Shown in pieces: positions 1 through 9,062 of a stretch of 64,000 nt of DNA (the stretch's first letter is position 1; every line of letters begins with the position of its first letter). The notes under the pieces were generated by a model, which was not told the origin of the DNA, did not search any database, and worked only from the letters and a program-made list of their open reading frames with translations. Source of the stretch: Candidatus Poribacteria bacterium (GTDB taxonomy: Bacteria > Poribacteria > WGA-4E > GCA-2687025); NCBI GenBank assembly GCA_963665845.2, contig OY762492.1, positions 1,312,001 through 1,376,000 of the forward strand, read 5' to 3'. Both the position numbers and the translations under genes were made by a program.

Positions 1-830
1 TGGACGACCCGCGCATGTTCGGCGAGATCGCCGCGGCGAACGCGTTGAGCGATATTTACGCGATGGGCGCCGTCCCGAAAACGGCTCTCAACATCGTCTA
101 CTGGGACAAGAACCTGCCGATAGAGATTCTGTCGGAGATTCTTCTCGGCGGATCGCTTCAGCTGGAACGCGCCGGCTGCGCTCTTGTCGGAGGACACTCG
201 GTCGAAGCGCCGGAGCTGATGTACGGCTTGGCGGTAACGGGCGTCGTTCATCCGAACCGTTTCAAGCGCAACCGCGGCGCGCGGGCGGGCGATCTTCTCG
301 TTTTGACAAAACCGCTCGGCGTCGGCGTCCTCACTACCGCCGCAAAGTTCAACATGATCAGCGAGGCGGAGCTGCAGCCCGCCATCGATTCGATGCGTCA
401 GCTGAACGACGCGGCAGGCGTCGTCCTTCAGAAATATGAAGGCAGAGCCGCGACCGACATTACAGGTTACGGTTTGGCGGGGCATGGTTATGAAATGGCG
501 GCGGCGAGCGGCGTCGCGCTGGAGTTTGACGCCGAACGGCTGCCCGTCTTGCCGTTGGCGCTGGAGCTGATTCGCAAGGGGGTCAAGACGCGCGCGCCGA
601 AGACGAACGCCGCCTATGTCGGCAAAAACTTGAAAACGGCGCGCGGCGTTTCAAAAGCGGCGCGTCAGCTGTTCTTAGAGGCGGAGACCTCCGGCGGCTT
701 GCTGATTGCATTTCCGCCGGAGCGGGCGGCGGCGGCGCTGGCGGCGCTGCATGAGCGCGGCTGCGTCCATGCGGCGGAGGTTGGGCGCGTTGTTGAGTCG
801 CCGGCAGGGGGCGTCTCGCTCCTGTCGTAG
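1..830 (+). CDS. selD: Selenide, water dikinase (selenophosphate synthetase), 5'-truncated by window edge
   Basis: Motifs (V)DDPxxFGxIAAANALSDIYAMG, GGHS, LTKPLGxG, TDITGYGLAGH, ETSGGLL; the frame is open to the window start. Confidence 0.95.
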   Translation, partial: DDPRMFGEIAAANALSDIYAMGAVPKTALNIVYWDKNLPIEILSEILLGGSLQLERAGCALVGGHSVEAPELMYGLAVTGVVHPNRFKRNRGARAGDLLVLTKPLGVGVLTTAAKFNMISEAELQPAIDSMRQLNDAAGVVLQKYEGRAATDITGYGLAGHGYEMAAASGVALEFDAERLPVLPLALELIRKGVKTRAPKTNAAYVGKNLKTARGVSKAARQLFLEAETSGGLLIAFPPERAAAALAALHERGCVHAAEVGRVVESPAGGVSLLS

Positions 831-837
831 ATTCGGC

Positions 838-1680
838 TCAACGCAAAAAGAACCGTACCCCTCCCGTAAATCCGACCTGAGCGTCGTTGTCTCCTTCAAA
901 GACGGTTCGAGACGCTTCCACATACGCGGCGGCAGGTTCCGAGAACCGATACTCCAAACGCGCATGGGGCGTCATCCAACGCGTCGCGGCGGTTCTATTC
1001 CTCCTATCGCGCTGATCGTCAAAACTTCGCAGCTCGCCGATGAGAATGCCCGCGGACGCCTTCAGGTCTTTGAGAATGCGGTAGGACGCCTCCGCATGAA
1101 AGCGGTTGATTGCAAAGAATCGATGGTCTTCGTTTTCATTCATGGTTGAGCGGTTCATATTCGCCGACAAGACCAGATCGGGAGTCGCAAACACGGAGCC
1201 GCCCAAGAGAAGCGCATACCCGTCTAAAGTCTGCGAATCTACAGAGTTCACGCCCGACAGATTGTCCGAAGCGAAGCGCATATTGTAGAACGAATAGCCT
1301 GCCCGCGCGTAGAGCTGGAGGCGGTCGATCGGTTCCGCATGCGCGCCGATTCCTGCGCTCAAGAAGGAATCGAGCGCGCTGGCGGTCAGGCGGCGTTCTT
1401 CTCCATTGTCATTCACAACGGCGCTCCGAAAATAACGATCCGCATACCCGCTTCCCCATGCGTGAAAATGCCGGCCAAACGTTTTTCCGCCCAGGAAGTT
1501 CAAGCCGTTGCCGTCATCGAGGTAGCTTGTATCCGTATGGGCGTATCCGATGCGGATATGATCGCGGTCGGGCGCCGACGCGAATTCATCCAGCGGATAA
1601 ATGAACAGATGATTCAGGGCGCGGGACGGCAGCGCCAGCGCCAATAGAAACAGAGCAGAAATGAACGCTCTCATGAACAT
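838..1680 (-). CDS. Putative outer-membrane beta-barrel protein
   Basis: Signal peptide (MRAFISALFLLALALPSRA), alternating amphipathic beta-strands, C-terminal aromatic strand VGFTGGVRFFLR. Start moved to ATG 1680 after an AAGGGA RBS. Confidence 0.6.
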   Translation of the reverse strand: MFMRAFISALFLLALALPSRALNHLFIYPLDEFASAPDRDHIRIGYAHTDTSYLDDGNGLNFLGGKTFGRHFHAWGSGYADRYFRSAVVNDNGEERRLTASALDSFLSAGIGAHAEPIDRLQLYARAGYSFYNMRFASDNLSGVNSVDSQTLDGYALLLGGSVFATPDLVLSANMNRSTMNENEDHRFFAINRFHAEASYRILKDLKASAGILIGELRSFDDQRDRRNRTAATRWMTPHARLEYRFSEPAAAYVEASRTVFEGDNDAQVGFTGGVRFFLR

Positions 1681-1753
1681 GGCAAGTTCCCTTCGCAACG
1701 AGTTCGATTCATGCTGTGTTGTTAAGATGCCATGAAGACGCAATGCCTGTCAA

Positions 1754-1855
1754 CTGACCTCGCCGTCATTCCCGCGTAAGCGGGAATCCAGAGGCGCCGC
1801 AGACGACGTCGGCGCTCGCCATCAGATTTGTCCCTATTAAAGACGTAAAGGTCAG
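1754..1855. repeat. MITE-like element with dRS3-like core
   Basis: Starts CTGACCT and ends TGTCCCTATTAAAGACGTAAAGGTCAG; contains ATTCCC-GCGTAAGC-GGGAAT at 1768-1787. Confidence 0.75.
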
Positions 1856-1858
1856 CTA

Positions 1859-2899
1859 TCAATTCAACGGGGCTTTTAGTTCGGTCATCAAAACCCAGGG
1901 ATCGTCTGCGGTTCGGCGGTACCGCACCGTTGCGTTCAGCTCGGCGCCTTTCCGGCTTGCGCGGTTGAACGGAACGGCGATGACGCGCGTTTCGCCCGCC
2001 TTTAGCCGTATGTCCTTTGCCGCTGGTTGAACGGGCTTGCCTCCCTCGTCCAGCGGGTGTTGATGCGTCTCCCGCGCGTCATGGAGAACGGCGCCGCCCG
2101 CCGCTGCGATCCGTATGCGCAGCTCAATTTCACGCAGAGGCGCCGCCGGGACGGGATGATCCGCCGTGTTCGTTAAATACAGCTGAACGCCCTCCTCCGT
2201 CGTTTCATAATCCAAAAACAGCGCCGACTGCAGAAACTCTTCGCTGCGCGATCCCAAGAACGCATGCGAAGCGGAGCGCTTGATTTCAGCGCTGTACTGG
2301 CTCGGCTTCCGCTGCGTTTCCGGCATGTGGCACCGCTGGCATGTCTCTCTAGACCCTTCCGCCCGATCCTTCACCTGATTGTGCGCCGCAACCTTCGGCT
2401 GTCCATGACAGCTGCCGCACAACTTGATCTGGCGCGTATAGTAGACGTTGGACGCTTTCGTTTTATGAAACGGGGACGGGTCGTTGTAGGGACCTTTCAT
2501 GGCGCCGTCCGCGTCCAGATGGCATGTGAGGCAGTCGACGCCTGTCTCTTTGCCTTCGGCGCGCAGCAGCGGCATCGGGTACGGGTTCTCCTTCGTCAGC
2601 TTCGCTCCCGCGCCTGTGATGAGTATCGGCTGCGGGGCGTGGCACGGGTCGCATGCTGTCGGCGCATCCTCATACTCGGCGCGCAGCTGTTGATACAGCT
2701 TGCTTTCCCACGCCTGCGCATGCCCCGACGCATCCCACTCCTCCCAGATCTGTTGATGGCAGTCGGCGCATTTTCCCTCCTCCATATGCGCGCGCATCTC
2801 GTTCGCGTCAGGATAGGTCTTCTGCGCATGAAGAACCCATGCGGCGGCAAAGGCGAACAGCGCAGCGAAAACAGCGGCGGCGGCAAGTCGGGGTTTCAT
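1859..2899 (-). CDS. Multiheme (penta-heme) c-type cytochrome, exported
   Basis: Five CxxCH motifs (CADCH, CDPCH, CLTCH, CGSCH, CQRCH) and an N-terminal signal/anchor starting MKPRLAAAA. Confidence 0.85.
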   Translation of the reverse strand: MKPRLAAAAVFAALFAFAAAWVLHAQKTYPDANEMRAHMEEGKCADCHQQIWEEWDASGHAQAWESKLYQQLRAEYEDAPTACDPCHAPQPILITGAGAKLTKENPYPMPLLRAEGKETGVDCLTCHLDADGAMKGPYNDPSPFHKTKASNVYYTRQIKLCGSCHGQPKVAAHNQVKDRAEGSRETCQRCHMPETQRKPSQYSAEIKRSASHAFLGSRSEEFLQSALFLDYETTEEGVQLYLTNTADHPVPAAPLREIELRIRIAAAGGAVLHDARETHQHPLDEGGKPVQPAAKDIRLKAGETRVIAVPFNRASRKGAELNATVRYRRTADDPWVLMTELKAPLN

Positions 2900-2906
2900 C
2901 CCAGAA

Positions 2907-2935
2907 AGTATAATCGACCGCGCCCCTCCTGTCAT
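2907..2935 (-). promoter_or_regulatory. Putative sigma70 promoter, possibly giving a leaderless mRNA for the cytochrome
   Basis: ATGACA-17 bp-TATACT, with the -10 box only 7 nt before the ATG at 2899 and no RBS. Confidence 0.4.
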
Positions 2936-2944
2936 CCCGCGCCC

Positions 2945-3075
2945 CTGACCTTACGTTTTTAGTTGGAACATGCCGGCGGGCGGATGCGGACGGGTTTTGC
3001 GGAGCTTCAGATTCTCTCCCTGTCCCCATTTTCACGGGGACATGTTCGCAGGGTCATGGCTTGCGCAGGAATGAA
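2945..3075. repeat. Partial MITE-like/palindromic repeat element
   Basis: Begins CTGACCTTACGTTTTTAGTTGGAACA (same terminus as other copies); includes a TGTCCCCATTTTCACGGGGACA hairpin. Confidence 0.65.
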
Positions 3076-3113
3076 AAGACTGGCGGGGGTTTGTCCGCAG
3101 ATAGAAGGCGTCG

Positions 3114-3917
3114 TCAGCGCCGCCTGCCGTATTTGACATCCAGCTCCCGAAGACGCGCCAAAGCCTTTTCCGTCGGCTCCTTAAATTCGCCCGACTCATA
3201 AAAATCGCGCGTCTTTGCGTTCAGGTTGCCGTAGAAACGGCGCGTGGATTCGTTAGAACTGCCGCGCCAAAGCTCCGCCGGAATGATCGAATCTTCGCTT
3301 AAATACGGGCGGTCGGCGAACCCGTAATAAATCTGCGCCGTTTTGCGTTCGCGCTGCGTGGGGCGGGTCGTCGCCGTGTGGAGCGCGCCGATGTTGAAAA
3401 GGATGCCCGTTCCCGCTTCGCCGTACAGATCGCGCTTTCCGCCGCGCTCCAGCTGCGGATCGTTTTCAAGGATCGGCTCATCGACCGATTCGGGCGAGAT
3501 GGAAAAGCAGTGCGTCGTCTCGTCCACATCCGTAAAATACAGCATCAGCTGCAGAAAACCGACGCGCAGCGGATGCTCCATCCAGTGTCGCGGCCCGTCC
3601 CTGTGCCACGCCTGATGAAACTCGCCCTCGTAAGCCGCCATGTTGCGCAGGCAGATCTCCGAAAAGCATGGGTTTGGACCCATCAGCTGCCACAGCGCCT
3701 CCATCACAACGGGATGCCGCACAATGCGGTCGAACGCCGGCGAGGTGAATAAGGCGTCGCAGTTGACCGTCTGATGATGCCCGATCCGGTACCAGTGTCC
3801 GTTGGCGCGGTCGCGTTCAAACAGCGCCGTGAACTCCTCCACCTCAGCGTCGGTCAAGATTTTTCCCAGCGACGCGTATCCGTTCTGTTTAAAGAAATGC
3901 ATCTGGACGTCGGTCAT
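3114..3917 (-). CDS. Phytanoyl-CoA dioxygenase (PhyH) family Fe(II)/2-oxoglutarate oxygenase
   Basis: F..NGY..L..IL N-terminus, WHRD (HxD) and distal His (GALHTA). Start overlaps the stop of the upstream gene (ATGA). Confidence 0.85.
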   Translation of the reverse strand: MTDVQMHFFKQNGYASLGKILTDAEVEEFTALFERDRANGHWYRIGHHQTVNCDALFTSPAFDRIVRHPVVMEALWQLMGPNPCFSEICLRNMAAYEGEFHQAWHRDGPRHWMEHPLRVGFLQLMLYFTDVDETTHCFSISPESVDEPILENDPQLERGGKRDLYGEAGTGILFNIGALHTATTRPTQRERKTAQIYYGFADRPYLSEDSIIPAELWRGSSNESTRRFYGNLNAKTRDFYESGEFKEPTEKALARLRELDVKYGRRR

Positions 3918-4801
3918 GGGGTCTCCTCTTCGTTTGGGAGAATGCGCTGCCGGAGACGCGCCATCTCCCGTTCCACTTCCATATTTTGGACTCTCTGATC
4001 AAGCCCGCCGTTCAACTCCACGCCTTCGCCAGGGATGAATTGCGCTCTCATCTCAGCGATCGCCGCGTTCACTTCGTTATGGTCGTCCGCGACTTCATGC
4101 TGGATCATTGATGCCGCTTTTTTAAATCCTTCCTGCTGCTTCGCCGCTTTGATTTCCGCAATTTGTATCCGATAATCTTCCGCTTTCATCTCCATTTGGT
4201 TCAGAGCCTCTGAGCAGTCGTTGATGTTTTGGTCAATCAGCGCGCATAATTCTTCGGCGTTGGCTTTTCGGACGAGAAGGCGCCGCGCGTCGTCTTCCAG
4301 ATCGTCCCGCAAAAACTGCATGGCTGCCATTTCGTAATCCACGATGTTTTGCTGATGCTGACCCAATTCATCCCGCATCTCTTTCAATTTGGTTTGAAAT
4401 TGTTCGATCATGTTGACGAGGCGGATGCGAGCTTTGGATAATTGAAGGATCGCCTTATGGTATTTTTTCCTTCTGCTCACCCGCTGATTTTCTCGATGAA
4501 CAGACACGATCCGATAGACCGCCAATATGAAAATGAGAAGAAACAGCGCCGCGGCGGCATACGCTGCAACCTCGGCGAACCATGGGGAAGCAGGATCCGA
4601 CGCGATCGGAATCACGTATCTGAAGACCGTATAGACCTCTATGATGAACGAGAGCGCCGCCGCAAAGATCCACAACTCGAAGCGCGACTTATGGATGAAT
4701 TGCTTGATGCGCCGAAAACTCCTCTGAATTCGATACCGCAGCGAACCAGGCTTATTGGTCCAATCTCTCGGCAGTAAAGGCGGGAAATGCGGCAATTTCA
4801 T
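3914..4801 (-). CDS. Two-TM protein with PspA/IM30-like coiled-coil domain (Zorya-associated)
   Basis: Two hydrophobic helices at aa ~43-100, PspA-like segment AAMQFLRDDLEDDARRLLVRK, C-terminal VEREMARLRQRI, N-terminal MKLPHF. Confidence 0.6.
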   Translation of the reverse strand: MKLPHFPPLLPRDWTNKPGSLRYRIQRSFRRIKQFIHKSRFELWIFAAALSFIIEVYTVFRYVIPIASDPASPWFAEVAAYAAAALFLLIFILAVYRIVSVHRENQRVSRRKKYHKAILQLSKARIRLVNMIEQFQTKLKEMRDELGQHQQNIVDYEMAAMQFLRDDLEDDARRLLVRKANAEELCALIDQNINDCSEALNQMEMKAEDYRIQIAEIKAAKQQEGFKKAASMIQHEVADDHNEVNAAIAEMRAQFIPGEGVELNGGLDQRVQNMEVEREMARLRQRILPNEEETP

Positions 4802-6027
4802 TCGGATAAATCTTTCGCAAGCTCCATGATGTTGCGCATCTGATTGACGAGCGGACCGTAATCCTGCGTAAACTGTTTGGCGATTTGAGAAAGCTGTTCA
4901 TGCAGCTCATTCATCGATCTGGTCAACGCCGCTTCCGTCGCCTTTTCGAGAGAATGCAACGCATCCGCGCGTTCTCTGATCATCGCATCGATCGAATCGC
5001 CCGCCTTAACCGCGCCGGACTGGAGCGCCGCATTCACCTCCTCTTGGCTCTGTAGTATCAACTCGCGCTGATCCTGCATCCCTGTGTTGATCTCATTCGC
5101 CGCTTCTGTAAACGCCTCGATGGCGCTCATCATCAGAGGCGTGGAGGCGTTTAGGTTTTCGGTTCCTTTCTGAATTGCATGCTGCGCAGGTTCAAGCATA
5201 TCGGCGGCTAGATTAGCCGATTCCACAATCTGCGCAGTTCCTCTCTCCATCTGCGTGACGATCGAATCGAGTCCTGTCAGCGCATGCTCTAGCCGCTCTG
5301 CAATCGTTGAAAACCGTTCGCTTCTTTCAACGACGCTTGTCAGCGTCTGTTCGCAAGCGTCAAGCGCCATGACAGCGCGTTCGATCTGCGCAGTTTGCTC
5401 CTGAATCATCTGCTGATGCTGCCGCTGCCACTCCAGCAAATTGTTGGTTGATTCCGCCAATTTGCGAAAACTTTCTCCGCACTGCCTGCTGATTTCGGCG
5501 TTGAATTTATCGATTGTGCCGGCGAGCGCTTTTTCAATCGCTTTGGCGCATTTTTCAGACACCTCCGCTTCAAACGCTTTTATGTCGCTGCGCATCACTT
5601 GGACTTCGGCGGTGAGCGTCGATACGCCCTCTTTCACCGTTGCGACAATCTCGGCCATACCCGCGTTCCCTTCCGCGAGGGATTCGGAGATCGATTTGAT
5701 CATGACGACCGCTTCCGGCGGTTTTTCATAGGCTTTGGCATGGACAATCTTGAGCAAAACCGCCGTACCCATTCCAAACACGGAGGTGATGAAGGCGAAG
5801 CGCAGCCCCGACAGCAGACTTTGGACGCTGCCCACAAGATTCGCGTTCGGCGCGGACGGGCTGATATTTAAGCCGAAGAGACCGACGCAGATGCCGACGA
5901 ACGTTCCAAGCACGCCCAGCATCGTCGCCAGATTCGGGAGCCGCTCCTTCTGCTCCAACCTTCGATTTGCCAATAGGACGATCAGAACGATCCCTGCGCA
6001 CCAGGCGATAGAAAACGTTAGGTTCAT
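4798..6027 (-). CDS. zorA: ZorA-like (MotA/TolQ/ExbB family) protein, copy 3, 409 aa
   Basis: Three TM helices with LGVLGTFVGI and GLRFAFITSVFG, a helical tail and the conserved tip F..DYGPL. Confidence 0.8.
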   Translation of the reverse strand: MNLTFSIAWCAGIVLIVLLANRRLEQKERLPNLATMLGVLGTFVGICVGLFGLNISPSAPNANLVGSVQSLLSGLRFAFITSVFGMGTAVLLKIVHAKAYEKPPEAVVMIKSISESLAEGNAGMAEIVATVKEGVSTLTAEVQVMRSDIKAFEAEVSEKCAKAIEKALAGTIDKFNAEISRQCGESFRKLAESTNNLLEWQRQHQQMIQEQTAQIERAVMALDACEQTLTSVVERSERFSTIAERLEHALTGLDSIVTQMERGTAQIVESANLAADMLEPAQHAIQKGTENLNASTPLMMSAIEAFTEAANEINTGMQDQRELILQSQEEVNAALQSGAVKAGDSIDAMIRERADALHSLEKATEAALTRSMNELHEQLSQIAKQFTQDYGPLVNQMRNIMELAKDLSE

Positions 6028-6061
6028 GTGCGATCCGTTATTGAAGTTGTCAGATTAAATT

Positions 6062-6853
6062 TCATTGACTGCGCCATTTTTCCAGATATTTTTTGATCTT
6101 TTCGACGACGCCCTCAATCTCTTTCAGTTTCTTTTCCGAGTTGATTCGGACGCGAAACTCCACGCGGCGCGATTTAGACGGGTCTTCATGATTGCCGCTC
6201 TGGGCAATCAGTTTTCCGCCGCTGTCCAGAAGCTTGCTGGACGATAAACCGTTGGCGGTCAGTTTGCTCAATATCCATGCTTGATCGTTCTGAACCGCCT
6301 CTTTTTCGAGTCCGATCACATATTCTAGGACGGAGCGGGTTCGATCCTGCGACAGCTCCATGTTGTTGATGTAGGCGATTCTGGACGTCTCGGCGCCTTC
6401 CCACTCGCTGGATGTATGCCCCTCAATTCGAATCTCTTCAATGTGTCCGCGGAATTTTGAATCGGATACAACCGCAATATACCGCGGAAAAAATTCGTCC
6501 ATGATGCGGAGAAATTTCTCTGGCAGTCTGGAGCTTCCCCTTTCAAAAAACTCTTCAGGGTTAAAGCGTATGTACAGCGTTTCTCGGTCAAGGCTGGCGT
6601 TCCATTTTTCCAGGTCCGCCTCAAATTCACTGTTTAGAGCCTTGTATAACTCATCCTGTAAATCGCGGTGAGATTCTGAAATATCCTTAACATCTTCAAC
6701 CAGCCCCTGAGCGTCCTTCGTTTTCTGCACCGCGTCCACCATGAAACTGATGGCGACAAAAAGAAAAATCACCATCAGCCCCGCCATCATGTCCGATATT
6801 GAAATCCATTGACCCTCGCGCTGATTGTCGGAGGCGCCTAAAAAGGTGCGCAT
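6062..6853 (-). CDS. zorB: ZorB-like (MotB/OmpA family) protein, copy 4
   Basis: GQWISISDMMAGLMVIFLF TM with conserved Asp; OmpA-like domain with IRIEGHTS, LSQDRTRSV, SRRVEFR. Confidence 0.88.
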   Translation of the reverse strand: MRTFLGASDNQREGQWISISDMMAGLMVIFLFVAISFMVDAVQKTKDAQGLVEDVKDISESHRDLQDELYKALNSEFEADLEKWNASLDRETLYIRFNPEEFFERGSSRLPEKFLRIMDEFFPRYIAVVSDSKFRGHIEEIRIEGHTSSEWEGAETSRIAYINNMELSQDRTRSVLEYVIGLEKEAVQNDQAWILSKLTANGLSSSKLLDSGGKLIAQSGNHEDPSKSRRVEFRVRINSEKKLKEIEGVVEKIKKYLEKWRSQ

Positions 6854-6909
6854 CGTTCAATCCCTAGTTTGCGTTAAAATGCCTGCTTGAAAATGCGTCT
6901 GCGCGTCGG

Positions 6910-7551
6910 TCATACGGCGTCCTCCCCGCTGGGTTGAAGGCGTTCTCGGAGACGCGTCATCTCCTGTTCCACCAGCTCATCCGGTTCGTTCGCCGGCGCC
7001 TTGTTCAGCTCGCGCTCCAGCCCCTTCTTCTCCGCTTTGATGTCCATCTCATGCGCGATGCCGCTGCGCCTGTTCTGCGTCTGCGCCGCCTCATGTTTCA
7101 GTATCCACATCTCATGCTGCCGTTTTAACCGTTCAATTTCAAACATATCTTCGTCGTTGCTCATCTTCATCGCCGCCGTCAACGTTTCAATGGAGCGTAT
7201 GTCGTCTTCGATTCGTTCGCATGCCTCCAGCGCCGTCAGTTTGAGTCGGAGATGTTTCTTCGCGTTCTGCTCTTCGTCTAGCAATAGGGCGTTTTCCGCC
7301 GCTTTTTGCGCCTGTTCCGCCTTCCGTTCGTTTTTTTTCAATTCCTCGCGCCAATGCGCTACCGTCTTGTTCGCCTCGCGGATAAATCTTCTCCGCTCCC
7401 CGATCTTTTTGACGCCGTTGACGATCGCCCCTAAGAATTTCTTGTCTGTTTTGGAGGAACGGCGCGGCGCCTGTTTCGGCCAAGGGGATGTCGCCATCCG
7501 TTTGCGCAAACCGGCAAAGTGTCGGTTTTGTCCAAAATCCGGCAGCTTCAT
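6910..7551 (-). CDS. Soluble PspA/IM30-like coiled-coil protein with ZorE-like N-terminal peptide
   Basis: N-terminus MKLPDFGQNRHFAGLRKRM resembles ZorE MKLPNFREHARLNLLRRAM; AAENALLLDEEQNAKKHLRLK and C-terminal VEQEMTRLRERL are PspA-like; ATGA-coupled to zorA. Confidence 0.6.
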   Translation of the reverse strand: MKLPDFGQNRHFAGLRKRMATSPWPKQAPRRSSKTDKKFLGAIVNGVKKIGERRRFIREANKTVAHWREELKKNERKAEQAQKAAENALLLDEEQNAKKHLRLKLTALEACERIEDDIRSIETLTAAMKMSNDEDMFEIERLKRQHEMWILKHEAAQTQNRRSGIAHEMDIKAEKKGLERELNKAPANEPDELVEQEMTRLRERLQPSGEDAV

Positions 7552-9053
7552 TCTAAATCCTTCGCCATCTGAACCACCTCGCGCAGCCTTTCGGTCAGCG
7601 GTCCGTAATCGTCCACAAACTTTTCCGACAGCTCCGCCAACTGACGACCCAGCGTGATCAGCGACTGCTTCAGCGCCGCCTCAAGACTTTTCTCCAGATT
7701 GTTCAACGCCCGCGCCCGCTCCATGAACAGCCGATCCACGCTCTCGCCGATCTTTTCAGCCGCCGCGGCGACCGCTTTATTCATGCCGGCGATGTTTTCA
7801 TCCACCTTCGGCAGCTCGCGGTTCGCCGAGGAGGCGGCGTCCGCAAACGCTTTCCATTCGTCCGTCAAACGGGAGGCGCCGTCGGTCAACGCTTTCAGCG
7901 CCGGCGCTAGTTCCCGCGCCGGCTCCTCCACCGCCGCCAGCGTTTCCTGCCGCGCGGACATATGCTGAATAACCGCCTCTAGACGCTCCGCGGTCTCGAC
8001 AAACAGACCGCTTTGCGCGACCAGTTTGCCCATCGCCCCTTGAATCTCCGAAAGCGCCTGCGAACCCGCCTCCAGCGCCTCTTGCGAGCGGCGGCTCCGT
8101 TCGTCTAGGTTTTTGCTGATTTCGTCCGCCGCCGTTTGAAACGCGCCTGACGCCTGCTTTAAACCGCTCTCTAGCTGTGGAATCGTTTGACCGGCTGTTT
8201 TGGCTGAATCGGCGACGGACCGAAACTCGCCGCCCAGATTGCCCGCCCCTTCCCGCAGCGCTTCCAGCGCCGACGCCAGCTGCGCCGCCGGCTCAACGAG
8301 GCGCGCGATGCGCTCCTCCCGCGTCTCCAGCTCCTCCAATGCGCCGTCCAGACGATCCGCGATGGACGCGAACGCGCCGCTGCGCTCCACAAACGCGCTC
8401 ATCGCCTCCTCCGACGCCTTCAGCGCCGCGATGGAGGCGTCCAGCTGCTTCGACTGCTCCTCCACCTGTTTTGCATGCGCCGTCTGCCATAGATGAAGAC
8501 GGCCGGCAGTGTCGTTCAGCTGACGAAAACTCTCGGCGCATTGGGCGTTGATCTCGGCGTTGAAACCCTCGACAAGGCTCTCCATCGCGGCGGTCAGCGC
8601 CGCCGCCGATTTATCGGCAACCTCCGCCTCAAAGGTTTTGAAATCGCCGCGCAGCTTCTCCGACTGGTCAATGAGGCGCGCGTTGCCGTCGTTGAGCGCC
8701 TGAACAAGCGCGTCCAGCCGCTCCGTCAACGGCTCCAGCGGATCGGACGCATCCTCGTCCGTTTGCTTCATTTTAAGAAAGACGGCGGTACCCATGCCGA
8801 ATACAGAGGTGATGAAGGCGAAGCGGAGACCGTTTAAAAGGCTGCTGGCGCCTTTCTCCAGCTGGGCGATGCCGCCCGTTTCGGACAGCTGAATCCCAAG
8901 CAGGCTCCAACAGACGCCGACGAAGGTGCCGAGAACGCCCAGCATCGTCGCCAGATGCGGCAGCCGCTCTTTTTCCACATTCGGTTTGCGGCTTAGCCAA
9001 AAGACCGCCGCGACGATGCCGACGCACCAGAGAGCGGGAAAAAGATAGTTCAT
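7548..9053 (-). CDS. zorA: ZorA-like protein, copy 2, 501 aa
   Basis: LATMLGVLGTFVGV and GLRFAFITSVFG TM motifs; long helical tail ending KFVDDYGPLTERLREVVQMAKDLE. Confidence 0.82.
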   Translation of the reverse strand: MNYLFPALWCVGIVAAVFWLSRKPNVEKERLPHLATMLGVLGTFVGVCWSLLGIQLSETGGIAQLEKGASSLLNGLRFAFITSVFGMGTAVFLKMKQTDEDASDPLEPLTERLDALVQALNDGNARLIDQSEKLRGDFKTFEAEVADKSAAALTAAMESLVEGFNAEINAQCAESFRQLNDTAGRLHLWQTAHAKQVEEQSKQLDASIAALKASEEAMSAFVERSGAFASIADRLDGALEELETREERIARLVEPAAQLASALEALREGAGNLGGEFRSVADSAKTAGQTIPQLESGLKQASGAFQTAADEISKNLDERSRRSQEALEAGSQALSEIQGAMGKLVAQSGLFVETAERLEAVIQHMSARQETLAAVEEPARELAPALKALTDGASRLTDEWKAFADAASSANRELPKVDENIAGMNKAVAAAAEKIGESVDRLFMERARALNNLEKSLEAALKQSLITLGRQLAELSEKFVDDYGPLTERLREVVQMAKDLE

Positions 9054-9062
9054 TCGCGCGTC

